A DNA stretch of 62,980 nt, filler included, from Octopus bimaculoides (taxonomy: Eukaryota), in assembly GCF_001194135.2 (NCBI RefSeq). It is 7 parts of 7 records of this genome, joined end to end, with 100 filler letters (N's around TTAATTAATTAA, not from the genome) between each part and the next. Parts side by side here need not be neighbours in the genome. Positions count along the whole stretch, not along the records: positions 1 to 23,399 come from NC_068983.1; 6 more parts are not named here. One strand, written 5' to 3'. Positions 1-11,565 of the stretch are shown piece after piece. The position numbers were made by a program, and so were the translations under genes. How positions within the stretch are numbered: position 1 is the stretch's first letter; every line of letters starts with the position of its first letter. Below the pieces are notes generated by a model. The model saw only the letters and a list, made by a program, of their open reading frames with translations. It made no database searches and was not told the DNA's origin.

Positions 1-35
<35 letters not shown>

Positions 36-188
36 GTCTATCTGTCTGTCTGTCTGTCTGTCTGTCTGCCTATCTGTCTGTCTATCTGTCTGCCTTTATC
101 TCTCTCTCTCTCTCCATGTATGTATGTATGTATGTATGTATGTATGTATGTATCTATCATTCTATCTATCTATCTATCATTCTATCTA

Positions 189-225
<37 letters not shown>

Positions 226-400
226 GTCTGTCTATCTATTCTCGTCTGTCTGGTTCGTGTGTGTGAGTGTGTGCGTGCGGGTGTGTGTGTGTGTGTGTGA
301 GTGTGTGCGCGCGCTTGTGTTTATGTGTGTGATATCTTGGTTATCAAACGCTCTATTGTTTTGTTTTATTTATATCATTATTGTTGTTGTTGTTGTTGCT
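1..400. repeat. Compound microsatellite (TCTA/TCTG/TATG/GT/GTT)
   Basis: Directly visible tandem units. Confidence 0.95.
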
Positions 401-859
401 TTCTCAAGTAGGTGTTGACTCCATAGCGTATAAGTGGAACGCGGTGAATCGCGTAAGAAAGCTTTGCTGTGTGGGAGGTTTTTTTTTGTTATTTGGTTGT
501 TGTTAGAACCGTTGTGTTTCTTATACGTAAAGTTCGTGAATAAAGGATTAGTCGAATACAATGAAGAGAGGCGTGTGTGAGTTAACGCCGAGTCTTCCCC
601 AAAATTATCGCTACGTACATAAGAGGGTGAAGGGTCTGTAAGATGTTGTATCATTTGAGATTTGAGGATTATCAGGATCTTACCCGACTTTCAAATTCTG
701 AGAATTTTTCAGTGTGAGTACGAGTGGTTGTAAAAAGCATTGTAATCCGGCGTCGGTGACTGAGTATTCCGCGCGCATTTCTATCTTTAACACAGTCTCT
801 AAGCAGAATCACCGGCACAATGTGTAACAAGGCTGGCTGTTTGGTTCACAGATGCAGTC

Positions 860-1510
860 CATCCGACAAGCTTCCGCACAGTTTCCGCCCTCCTGGTTTC
901 ACCCAGAAACGTGGTTGTTTTTGGCGAGAAACTCACGAGTGAGGAGAGCTCAGTGACAGAGTGCATTGTTCTCGTGAAGAATCGAATTCTTCGCGCTCCA
1001 AAGATCCAGTCACTTTCACCGAATGTCCTCCCTCAAATGCTTCAAAATGTCGTTGATTACCTTCCGATGATCCTCATGCACAAGCTAATGAATTTTCTCA
1101 ACATTTCCGGGGATGACGCTCATAGTAGGTCTTCCAGATCGCTTATTGTCTTCCAGGGACGTTCTTCCGCTTTTAAAGCGCGCATGTCACTCAAAACATT
1201 GCGTACGATCCATTGCCTCATTGCTGTAAGCTTGTCGAAGCATAGTCAATGTTTCTGTTGCAGACCTCTCAGGTCTAACACAAAATTTCACGTTGGCTCT
1301 TTGTTCCAGTCCATGAACAAAACGCAGACTACAGAATACATGTGATCACAAGAACACAAATTCTACAAATTGCGAAATTAACACAGCGAGGTCACTCGGC
1401 ACACTGCCTTATGAAGGTCACTGCTAGCTATCATTGTACATGCAACCGTGTGCTGCTATCTGTTGGTGCGCTACAGAACTAGACCGGGAACATTTTAATA
1501 TCATCTCGCA
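860..1510 (-). mobile_element. Internally deleted mariner (Tc1/mariner) transposon remnant
   Basis: Minus strand reads LEQRANVKFCV..SATETLTMLRQAYSNEAMDRTQCFE*HARFKSGRTSLEDNKRSGRP (about 1310-1125; mariner N-terminal HTH region), then jumps to DILKHLREDIR..LWSAKNSILHENNA..H..LLTREFLAKNN (degenerate HHDNA region). It has stops and a large internal deletion. Confidence 0.85.
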
Positions 1511-2324
1511 CAGTGGTGTACAAGCTCTTGGAAGGACCTCCCTTGTTGGACATGTCAAAGGAGAGAGAGACCAGACCATGTGGACTGCCTCTTCCCGGAG
1601 GCGAAAATGGGTTTGGGTAGGGCCAACATCATTACCTAGAAAAATATCAAAGTTACAGAAGCATCGATGATATTTCAAAGCCAATAAGAACTGGGGTAGG
1701 AGACAGTCCAGAGTATCGAACAATATAGAAAAGTTTTCGATGACCTGTGCTTCATAGGATGCGAATAGCTTAAGTAAGCATACATCTAAGCGAACGGCTT
1801 AAGTGAGTATACATTGTCATTGGAAAGGTTCAGTTCCCATGGACCTGACTCACCAAATGCCTTCTCTTGACCCACATGAAAAGCTAAATCAGTTATGCAA
1901 GGAGATTAAAGTTTCCTCAGTTTTGCAGTATTTACAATGTTTATGGTGAGATATTGTCTCTAATTATGCGGCAGCTAACCGTTTAGGACAGCTGCTTTGG
2001 GACATTTCAAAGAGTTAAGTACCTTGTCTCAAAACGCGAAGTAATACTTTTGACACGGTTCGAAATCACTTCTTCCACACGACCGTCTGTGTACATAAAA
2101 CAAATGTTTCATACTGACTGGAGTTCTTAAATATTACTTTCATGTCTGAAAAATAAAAACCAAATCAAAATAACTTGTATGTTACTTTCACAATAACACA
2201 AACGTGCTTGTCATATCATATTCCAAACAAAATTATATGGAACACCATACAGGAAATAATATGAAATATTTAGTTTGCGGAATCACATTTCATTTTTTAT
2301 TTATTATCCTGTTTTTTACTGGAT

Positions 2325-2543
2325 AAAGGTGGCAAGCTGGCAAAATTCTTAGCGCGTCGGACAAAATGCTTATTGGCAATTTTTCCGGCTCTTTACGTTC
2401 TGAGTACAAATTCCACTGAGCTCAACTTTGCTTTTAATCCTTTAGGAGTCGAGAAAATGAAGTACCAGTCATGTACTGGAGTCGATGTAATCGATTAAAC
2501 CCCCTCCCCTCAGAACTGCTGGCCTTGTACAAAATTTGAAACG
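2325..2543 (+). mobile_element. tRNA-derived SINE, family A (diverged)
   Basis: Matches the repeat aaggcggcgagctggcag...gagttcaaattcc (B-box-like)...ctttcatcctttcggggtcgataaattaagtaccag...gggccttgtgcc found many times in the window. Confidence 0.85.
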
Positions 2544-2749
2544 ATTACTTTTCAACAGGTTTTCAAAGCCATTTCGTTTCTTTTTGTTGTGGTTCTTTAC
2601 AGACTATGGCAAAAAACATTCCAGTTGTCTACACAATCTTTTATCCAGATAGAATGCATAACTAGGACAACATTACACAAAGATGTTCATACATATTTTT
2701 CTAAGATTGTTTTTTTAAAGATTGCAGTAAATTTGCAGACTTATTAGTG

Positions 2750-2875
2750 TCGGACAGAGTGTCTTACACTATTTGTTCTAGCACTCTACATACTGAGTTC
2801 AAATCCCGCCGAGGCCAGCTTTGTTTTTCACGTCATTGGGAACTTTAAACGAAGTACCAACCAAAGGATCGATTC
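2750..2875 (+). mobile_element. SINE family A fragment
   Basis: tgagttcaaatcccgccgaggccagctttg and a degraded central domain. Confidence 0.65.
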
Positions 2876-3498
2876 TTTTTCTTCCTTCTTCTTTTTCTTC
2901 TTTCACGTGTTTTCCCTTTTTTCACTCTATCAGAACTGGAGCTTTCGTGAGAGTGATGGCAGAACAATTCAGCATGTCTGAAAATTTAACGGATATACAA
3001 GATGACAACGACGACAACGATGATGAAATTAGTTTGTTATTTCTAGCCGGTCGAGTAACCACACAGAGGCTACCTCGAAGATCCGTTCTTTTGGTATCTT
3101 TTGTCACTGCGAACAGGGACCTTACTCATTACCCTATGGCAATTAGCACTCACAGAGAACATTAATAATGGCTAAAATTTCATCTAGTATTACAATGAGC
3201 TTTAATTTATCACTTAACATTTATTATTTCGTTTCTCCATTTCGTTCACATGTTTCGCTCTTAAAATAGATATTTCTTGTTCTTTTTGACTTCACAATTA
3301 CCGCTTTTCCCCATAAAATCCTAGCGTCATCCTTAAGGGAGTAAATACAGACTATATGTGTTACTATGTATCTATGTTACTCGGAGTTTAATTTTGAATT
3401 TTCCCACAAACGAAGATTCAGCTGTATGTATGTATGTATGTATGTATGTATGTATGTATGTATGTATGTATGTATGTATGTATTTTTATGTATGTATG

Positions 3499-5078
3499 TT
3501 CTCACATATCTTTAATTATTTGGAATCCTCCTCTGAGGAAAGACCTGGTTTCAAACAGAGGTACAAAGCTCCGTCGTTAAAATGTAGACAACAAAAATAA
3601 ATTCCCATTTTAAAGTTGAGAAAAGCCTTGCATACTTTTACTGTTCCACTTACAGGTTATATTTGAAACGTGCGAATTAGGAGGATAATTTCTTGAAATA
3701 TGCGAATTATCTCGTTTATTTTGTGAAAATCCCAGTTTATCTACGTTGTCACTTAGGGATTTACTCACAAAACCAAGTGTACTATTTATTACTGACGTAA
3801 ATGTGACTTTGTAATCTGGATGTAGAAGCTGGACGTTTCGAATCAGTTGTCCGTAGTTCTCTTCTTACCTTTTCGATGAGATATTCACATCAGCAGGGTA
3901 GCTGACTTCTATGGCGATACATCCTTTTTACTTGTTCCAAACGACAATATCCGACCTGTTATGTTCACACTTGACAGAAGTTTTGATGGGAAAGTTCCAT
4001 CCATATTCCTGGTGCTGATGTTTGCTTATGTATTTAATAACGGAGTGGGTGTGGGGTTACTCTTTTACTCTTTTACTTGTTTCAGTCATTTGACTGCGGC
4101 CATGCTGGAGCACCGCCTTTACTCGAGTAAATCGACGCCAGGACTTATTATTTTATAAGCCTAGTACTTAGTCTATCGGTCTCTTTTGCCGAACCGCTAA
4201 GTTACGGGGACGTAAACACACTAGCATCGGTTGTCAAGCGATGTTGNNNNNNNNNNNNNNNNNNNNNNNNNNNNNNNNNNNNNNNNNNNNNNNNNNNNNN
4301 NNNNNNNNNNNNNNNNNNNNNNNNNNNNNNNNNNNNNNNNNNNNNNNNNNNNNNNNNNNNNNNNNNNNNNNNNNNNNNNNNNNNNNNNNNNNNNNNNNNN
4401 NNNNNNNNNNNNNNNNNNNNNNNNNNNNNNNNNNNNNNNNNNNAGAGACATATATACATATACATATATATACGACGGGATTCTTTTAGTTTCCGTCTAC
4501 CAAATCCACTCACAAGGCTTTGGTCGGCCCGAATCTATAGTAGAAGACACTTGCCGAAGGTGCCACGCAGTGGGACTGATCCCAGAACCATGTGGTTGGT
4601 AAGCAAGCTACTTACCACACAACCACTCCTGCGCCTATATTTATTTTAGGACAGACTTTCTTACGGTTGGCATTGTATATTATTTTTAGCGACAGCGTCG
4701 TGTTGCATAGAGAGGTAGTACTTTGATGAAATATGTGGACAAACGTCTGATGTCTTCCACAGAAATATGACATAATCTTCGTTTTCGCTTGTATCTTCGG
4801 GCTCCAAGCTTTTCACTGACTCTTTTGTTTATTAGGTATTTCTTTGCAATCTTCTGTCCCTGGACTGCAAATGCATAACCTTCGAAGTGTTATGGGATGT
4901 AGCGATCACGAGTTCAACGGAGCTACACTTCATGCCAATATTACTGTCTTCAACTCGTCGGAAAAGATAGCCATGCATCGTCTTATTTGGGTATATTGCG
5001 CGTTTCACCGCTAGGTCTTTTTTGAGGCATGTTATTCCGACTGTTTTGGGGTTGTATGGCTGGTCATCAGGAAGATTG
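3499..5078 (-). mobile_element. 5'-truncated R4/Dong-like non-LTR retrotransposon (RLE type), interrupted by a SINE and flanked by (CATA)n on both ends
   Basis: Minus-strand remnants in order: MHGY, EGYAFAVQGQKIAKKYLINK, CPHISSKYYLSMQHDAVAK, WNFPIKT..HNRSDIVVWNK*KGCIAIEVSYPADVNIS (PD..D/E endonuclease), NYGQLIRNVQLLHPDY, SGTVKVCKAFLNFK, then a 3' UTR and the (CATA)n tail at 3424-3498. (TATG)n restarts at 5079. Confidence 0.85.
4057..4640 (-). mobile_element. tRNA-derived SINE, family B (CORE-like, internal microsatellite), nested in the R4-like LINE
   Basis: Head with A-box-like tggttgtgtgg, then ccttcggcaagtgtcttct, an internal TA/CA tract falling in an N gap, and a tail (gtaaaaga)n. Confidence 0.9.
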
Positions 5079-5114
5079 GTATGTATGTATGTATGTATGT
5101 ATGTATGTATGTAT

Positions 5115-5226
5115 TTCTTTTATTCTTATCGACCCCAGGACATATATTTTGTAAGCCTAGTACTTATTGTATCGGTCCCTTTTGTCGAACCGCTATGTTA
5201 CAGGGACATAAAACACACACACACAC
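5115..5226 (-). mobile_element. SINE family B, 3' half
   Basis: gaccccagga..gtaagcctagtacttatt..gaaccgcta matches the other copies. Confidence 0.8.
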
Positions 5227-6064
5227 NNNNNNNNNNNNNNNNNNNNNNNNNNNNNNNNNNNNNNNNNNNNNNNNNNNNNNNNNNNNNNNNNNNNNNNNNN
5301 NNNNNNNNNNNNNNNNNNNNNNNNNNNNNNNNNNNNNNNNNNNNNNNNNNNNNNNNNNNNNNNNNNNNNNNNNNNNNNNNNNNNNNNNNNNNNNNNNNNN
5401 NNNNNNNNNNNNNNNNNNNNNNNNNNNNNNNNNNNNNNNNNNNNNNNNNNNNNNNNNNNNNNNNNNNNNNNNNNNNNNNNNNNNNNNNNNNNNNNNNNNN
5501 NNNNNNNNNNNNNNNNNNNNNNNNNNNNNNNNNNNNNNNNNNNNNNNNNNNNNNNNNNNNNNNNNNNNNNNNNNNNNNNNNNNNNNNNNNNNNNNNNNNN
5601 NNNNNNNNNNNNNNNNNNNNNNNNNNNNNNNNNNNNNNNNNNNNNNNNNNNNNNNNNNNNNNNNNNNNNNNNNNNNNNNNNNNNNNNNNNNNNNNNNNNN
5701 NNNNNNNNNNNNNNNNNNNNNNNNNNNNNNNNNNNNNNNNNNNNNNNNNNNNNNNNNNNNNNNNNNNNNNNNNNNNNNNNNNNNNNNNNNNNNNNNNNNN
5801 NNNNNNNNNNNNNNNNNNNNNNNNNNNNNNNNNNNNNNNNNNNNNNNNNNNNNNNNNNNNNNNNNNNNNNNNNNNNNNNNNNNNNNNNNNNNNNNNNNNN
5901 NNNNNNNNNNNNNNNNNNNNNNNNNNNNNNNNNNNNNNNNNNNNNNNNNNNNNNNNNNNNNNNNNNNNNNNNNNNNNNNNNNNNNNNNNNNNNNNNNNNN
6001 NNNNNNNNNNNNNNNNNNNNNNNNNNNNNNNNNNNNNNNNNNNNNNNNNNNNNNNNNNNNNNNN

Positions 6065-6157
6065 CGGGGCCTTACCTCGGCCCTTGGGGCAGTTCTTTTT
6101 TAAGTGGCCGGATTCAAGGCACTTGTGACATTTAGGAGGGCGTCCTTCCAGAAGTGA
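6065..6157 (-). pseudogene. Retroelement gag/ORF1-like CCHC zinc-knuckle fragment
   Basis: LEGRPPKCHKCLESGHLKKNCP is an exact C-X2-C-X4-H-X4-C motif (6130-6089), cut by a gap. Confidence 0.7.
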
Positions 6158-6203
6158 CTGTGTGGTATGCAAGCTACTTACCACACAGCCACTCCTGCGC
6201 CTA
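6158..6203 (-). mobile_element. SINE family B head fragment
   Basis: aggcgcaggagtggctgtgtggtaagtagcttgc on the minus strand. Confidence 0.85.
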
Positions 6204-6574
6204 TGGTATGTATGTATGTATGTATGTATGTATGTATTTGTGTATGTATATATTTGTATATGTATGTATATATGTATCTTTATGTATATATGCTAAAGAG
6301 ACTTTTGTAACCCATTATATTCTTTGAATATTTTTTCTGTTTTCTTTGTGCCTTTTCCTGTTCCTTTCTTTTTCCTTCTTTTACGCCCTTTTTTTGTTGC
6401 TTCTTTTTTTCAGATCAAAGATCTGAAGAAATAACATGGTGTGTTCCACTAACCATCCGTTTGTGACACTTGCAGGAATATATATACCGCCGTCTCTCTA
6501 TCACGTTTCTTACCCTTATGTTTTTGTACAAACAAACAAACTCCTGTAGTTTGAATTTAAGCTACACTTTGCCA

Positions 6575-6886
<312 letters not shown>

Positions 6887-6893
6887 TGTTATT

Positions 6894-7112
6894 GAGGTTA
6901 CGAGCTGGCAGAGTCGTGAGAACGCCGGACAAAAACACTTAGCAGTATTTCATCTGTCTTTATGTTGAGTTCAAATTCCGCCAAGGTCGACTTTGATTTT
7001 CATCCATTCGGGGACGATAAAATAAGTACCAGTTGAACTACTGAGGTCGGTGTAATCGACTAACCCCTTCCCCCGCCAAGATTTCAGGCCTTGTGCCTGT
7101 TGTAGAAAGTAT
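6894..7112 (+). mobile_element. SINE family A
   Basis: Full-length match to the family consensus seen elsewhere in the window. Confidence 0.85.
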
Positions 7113-7380
7113 TCCCATTATTGGTATGGTAGAACTAACTGTTATTCTTCACTCTATCAAATTATGTCAAGCCATCCTAAACCTAGTGTTTGGCGGTCAA
7201 CATCATTATCATTATTGTTGTTGTGGTTGTTGTGGCGATGGTGATTGTTATGTTAGGGTATCAGAAGCTATCTGTATACAGATACCACCCAGAGAGTATA
7301 CAACTGCTATGAATGTCACTTCAAAGTAAAACGAACTCATTCGTAGTTTTGTCCTTGTTACTTGTGGGTGATGTTGTGAA

Positions 7381-7691
7381 GGCGTGTATTTAGTGGTTAG
7401 GGTATTCGATTTACAAGCATGAGTTCGATACCCGGCGGCGCGTTGTATCTTTGAGCAAGACACTTTATTTCATATTGCTCCAGTCCACTCAGCTGGCAAA
7501 AATGAGTAGATCCTGTATTTCAAAGGGACCAACTTTGTCCCATTCTGTATCACGCTGAATTTCCCCGAGAACTACATCAAGGTTAAATATGTCTGTGGAA
7601 TACACAGCCACTTGTACGTTAATTTCATGAGCAGGATGTTCCGTTGATCCGTTCAACTGGATCACTAGTCGTCGTAACCGACGGAGTGCCA
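7381..7691 (+). mobile_element. tRNA-derived SINE, family C (CORE-like)
   Basis: tagtggtta (A-box-like), gagttcgataccc (B-box-like), ttgagcaagacactt, and tail gttgatccgttcaactgg...gacggagtgcca. Homologs at 10657 and 12885. Confidence 0.85.
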
Positions 7692-8246
7692 GTTGGAAGT
7701 TCTTTTTCAGTTCTTGATTTTTTAAAAAACAAACTTAACCACTAAGGTTCAAAATATTTCATTTACATGTTTTTTTTTCCTTTCTACTCTTTGAACTATA
7801 TACCGCAGTCACTCTATCACGTTTCTATGTAAAGCAGTTCTTTTTTTTAAAAGAAAGTCCTAGTTTGTTCTGAGAAATAAAAGAAACACCCCTCCGTTGT
7901 GAATGTGTGTTATTTAAGCAAAGAACTCATAAATCATATAGTTATTTTAGTGCATAAATTAGTTTAGATTCTGCTGGAAACGAACCGTAACAAAAGCTAG
8001 CATGAGGTCTGCGAAATAACTAGCATGTCTTCACTCATTTGATTTATTCTGGATATTGGCTGATATATAAACATCCCGACTGTGAGAACACGTGTAGTTG
8101 TAAGTGTTCGTTTCGAAAGCTGATTGAGGCCCAACTATTTCAGAATCACGATTCTTCACTTGTAACGATGCAAAGAGCTGTTAGCGCACCGTAGGGGTTT
8201 TAACTCGAGAATTATTTTAGAGCAAAGCTAGACATTGTTTCATATA

Positions 8247-8279
<33 letters not shown>

Positions 8280-9509
8280 NNNNNNNNNNNNNNNNNNNNN
8301 NNNNNNNNNNNNNNNNNNNNNNNNNNNNNNNNNNNNNNNNNNNNNNNNNNNNNNNNNNNNNNNNNNNNNNNNNNNNNNNNNNNNNNNNNNNNNNNNNNNN
8401 NNNNNNNNNNNNNNNNNNNNNNNNNNNNNNNNNNNNNNNNNNNNNNNNNNNNNNNNNNNNNNNNNNNNNNNNNNNNNNNNNNNNNNNNNNNNNNNNNNNN
8501 NNNNNNNNNNNNNNNNNNNNNNNNNNNNNNNNNNNNNNNNNNNNNNNNNNNNNNNNNNNNNNNNNNNNNNNNNNNNNNNNNNNNNNNNNNNNNNNNNNNN
8601 NNNNNNNNNNNNNNNNNNNNNNNNNNNNNNNNNNNNNNNNNNNNNNNNNNNNNNNNNNNNNNNNNNNNNNNNNNTATATATATATATATATATATGTATA
8701 TTTAAAGATAGACACATCTGTTTAATATTTAATCTTTTGGTAATTCCAACAAGTAGGAGGAAACTATTCTGGGGCACTGCCATCAATACTTCTGCTGCAG
8801 ACTTGGCCTTGTGTTTGATATTTGCTGAACGAGATTTTGATGATACGTTTCTCGATTACATTTCTTGATATGTTGTAGGTTCCATTCAAAAGCTGTTTAC
8901 TGTATTACATCTATTTCATGTTAATCCTTCATGTTTTTGCTGTGTTATATAGCTGAAATGTAAACCTTTGAGCACTGTAGCTATTAAAATACTAGTCCCT
9001 CTTCGGAAAGAAGCGGAGGTTGTACATTTAGCGGAATTTGGTCGTGCTCAATCTCCGTAAGTTCCACAGCATTCATTACCAAAGTTAGATGCTAATCAAT
9101 TCAAGATATTCAAGTTATAAATTATTGAATATTACAGCACAATTTTTGGGTTTTTACTCCAGAGGATAAAAATTTAAAATTTTCAATAGATGAGGTAAAT
9201 GATTCTGTTTTGACAGATTAATTCTTGTTTAGTAGGGAACTTGATATCATAGAGGTACCAGACCGGGTAACGACTGAGAACAAAGGAATTCTTACTTTTT
9301 ATATTGCAGCAAGTGTTCTCCGAGTTCACCTTCCTAGAGGTTTGCATGTTATTGCTATCTTATAAACAGGTGCATCAAACAATGTATTATTACTATTCAT
9401 GATGTAAGGATGTCGTTCAGATTTTTACGAATTTTAGTATATCCAGACTTGTGTATCCATGTTACTACGCATTAGATAATGAAAGCGTAGCTGATTGCAT
9501 TGATAATGA

Positions 9510-9830
9510 AAGCGTCAGCAGCCCAACAAGGGGAAGAAAAACCCTGAGCCCAAACCTCCGCTGTCTTACGGTCATGTTGAACCATGGGAAGAGCTTAGGA
9601 AGTAAATCTCGAGGAAACATTCGGAAGTCGGAGCTCCTAAGGCAGTACAGCATTGTCTATAACCTCATTCTGGCAACTCTTGCGATGATGCTGGTACCGC
9701 ATTGTAACGATCGTGTTGTTCCTTCGGATCCCTCAATGACATGGAGAAGGCGGTGAGGGTGGGGGAACGCTGCGTGGGCAACAACCTGTCTGCCATACCA
9801 TACTGCACAGGTTTGGGTCCTATTGAACTC
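9510..9830 (+). repeat. Interspersed repeat resembling an RTE-type 5' UTR
   Basis: ggggaagaaaaaccctgagcccaaacctccgctgtcttacgg...ggagctcctaaggcagt resembles RTE leader sequences as I recall them; not verified. Confidence 0.4.
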
Positions 9831-10115
9831 ACTAAAGGGTAAAGACCTTCTTCGGTCGTGAATGACCCTAGGATTGCACTTTGAAAGTTCCCCTCTGAGG
9901 CACAAGCCCAGGCAAGGCTGTTTATGGAAGACCAGTAGTCGCCCTTGCATACCAGCTTTCCCTCTCCATTCCACTGACGTTATCTAAGGGAAAGGCAAAG
10001 CCTAATACAGCTTGGCACTAATGACATCGCAACTCATTTCTACAGCTGAAGGAACTGGAGCAACGTGAAATAAAGTATCTAGTTCAAAAACGCAACACGC
10101 AGCCCGGTCACACCT
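9830..10115 (-). mobile_element. SINE, family C head/core with alternative tail (C2)
   Basis: Shares actttatttcacgttgctccag..cagctg with family C; second copy at 48035-48312. Confidence 0.8.
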
Positions 10116-10656
10116 GTTCAGCCACAGACAACGCCATAACAGTGGAATAAACAAGCAGAACCTTCATCGATGGCTGTTAATTACAGACGGAGACCCCATA
10201 AGTTAATAGCGAAGTATTTAAAACATTCTTGAGTATTTTTGCATTAAACAATGCTCTGGGGTTTTTGCTGTAGATTTTTGAAATCACTAGAACCTTTTAA
10301 TGTCTGCTGTAGTTTCATATCATCAGTATAGCTAGCGGGAATTGTTAATCAAATAACTGAAGACATATATGTGAGAACTATTACAAACTGTAATTGTCCC
10401 AGACCAATCCTATGAAGCGCTTCATTAAAATCTGTTAACCTATCTTTGAAAGTGTAATATTAATGATAACAACTTGACTTCTGTACGTTAAAACGCCTTG
10501 CAAGTATTTTTCTAGTTTCCCAGTTATGCCAAAATCACTTATCTCACAATATATTATCCCATAAATAACTTTGTCAATATTTTGAAAAGTTCAAGTATAT
10601 TTATATGTAACAGGTTGAGTAGTAGCTGTTTCAATATCCTGTTGTTAATGTGAATT

Positions 10657-10936
10657 CGCATGGCCTGGTGGTTGGGAGTATTCGGCTCACGATCGTAACG
10701 TTGTGAGTTCGATACCCAGTGGCACGTTTTATCCTTGAACAAGTCACTTCATTTCACTTTGCTCCAGTTCACTCAGCTGGCAAAAACGAGTTGTACTTGT
10801 ATTTCAAAGGGTCAGCCTTATCACATTCTGTGACACACTGATTCTGCCTGAGAACTACATTAAGACTACGGCTATCTGCGGAGTGCTCAGCCACTTACAC
10901 GTTAATTTCATATGCGGGCTGTTGTGTTGATCGGTC
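10657..10936 (+). mobile_element. SINE family C
   Basis: Colinear with 7381-7691. Confidence 0.85.
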
Positions 10937-10989
10937 ATGGAATTGCAATTTCTTTCTTTCTTTCTTCCTTTCTTTCTTTTATCTTTCGT

Positions 10990-11565
10990 TCGTTCGATCC
11001 TTTACCTTTCTCTCGGTTTCAATCATCGGACGGTGTCCATACTGAGGCGCCGACTTGAAGGGTTTTAGTCGAACAAATCGACGCGAATAGTCAGTTGCAC
11101 ATTCTATCAATTCCTTTTTGCCGAACTACTTTGTTACAGAGACTTAAACAAGCCAACATCAGTTGTCAAGTGGTGGCAGGGAGAAAAAAACAGGAACAAA
11201 GACAGCACCCCCACACATTACACATATATGAAGGACTTTCATACAGTTTCCTATTTCTTTATTGCCCACAAGGGGCTAAACATAGAGGAGACAAACAAGG
11301 ACAGACAAAGGGATTAAGTCGATTACATCGACCCCAGTGCGTAACTGGTACTTAATTTATCGACCCCGAAAGGATGAAAGGCAAAGTCAACCTTGGCGAA
11401 ATTTGAACTCAGAACGTAACGGCAGACGAAATACCGCTAAGCATTTCGCCCGGTGTGCTAACGTTTCTACCAGCACGCCGCCTTTTCAAACATTTTCCGT
11501 TTACTAAATTCATTCAGAAGAAATTGATCGGCCCAGGTCTATCTATAATAGAAGATACTTGCCTA
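10990..11565 (-). mobile_element. Diverged SINE B with a nested SINE A variant (about 11255-11487)
   Basis: Family B 3' half, then a near-consensus family A copy with a cccacaaggggctaaacatagagg extension, then resumption of the family B 5' half. Confidence 0.8.
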
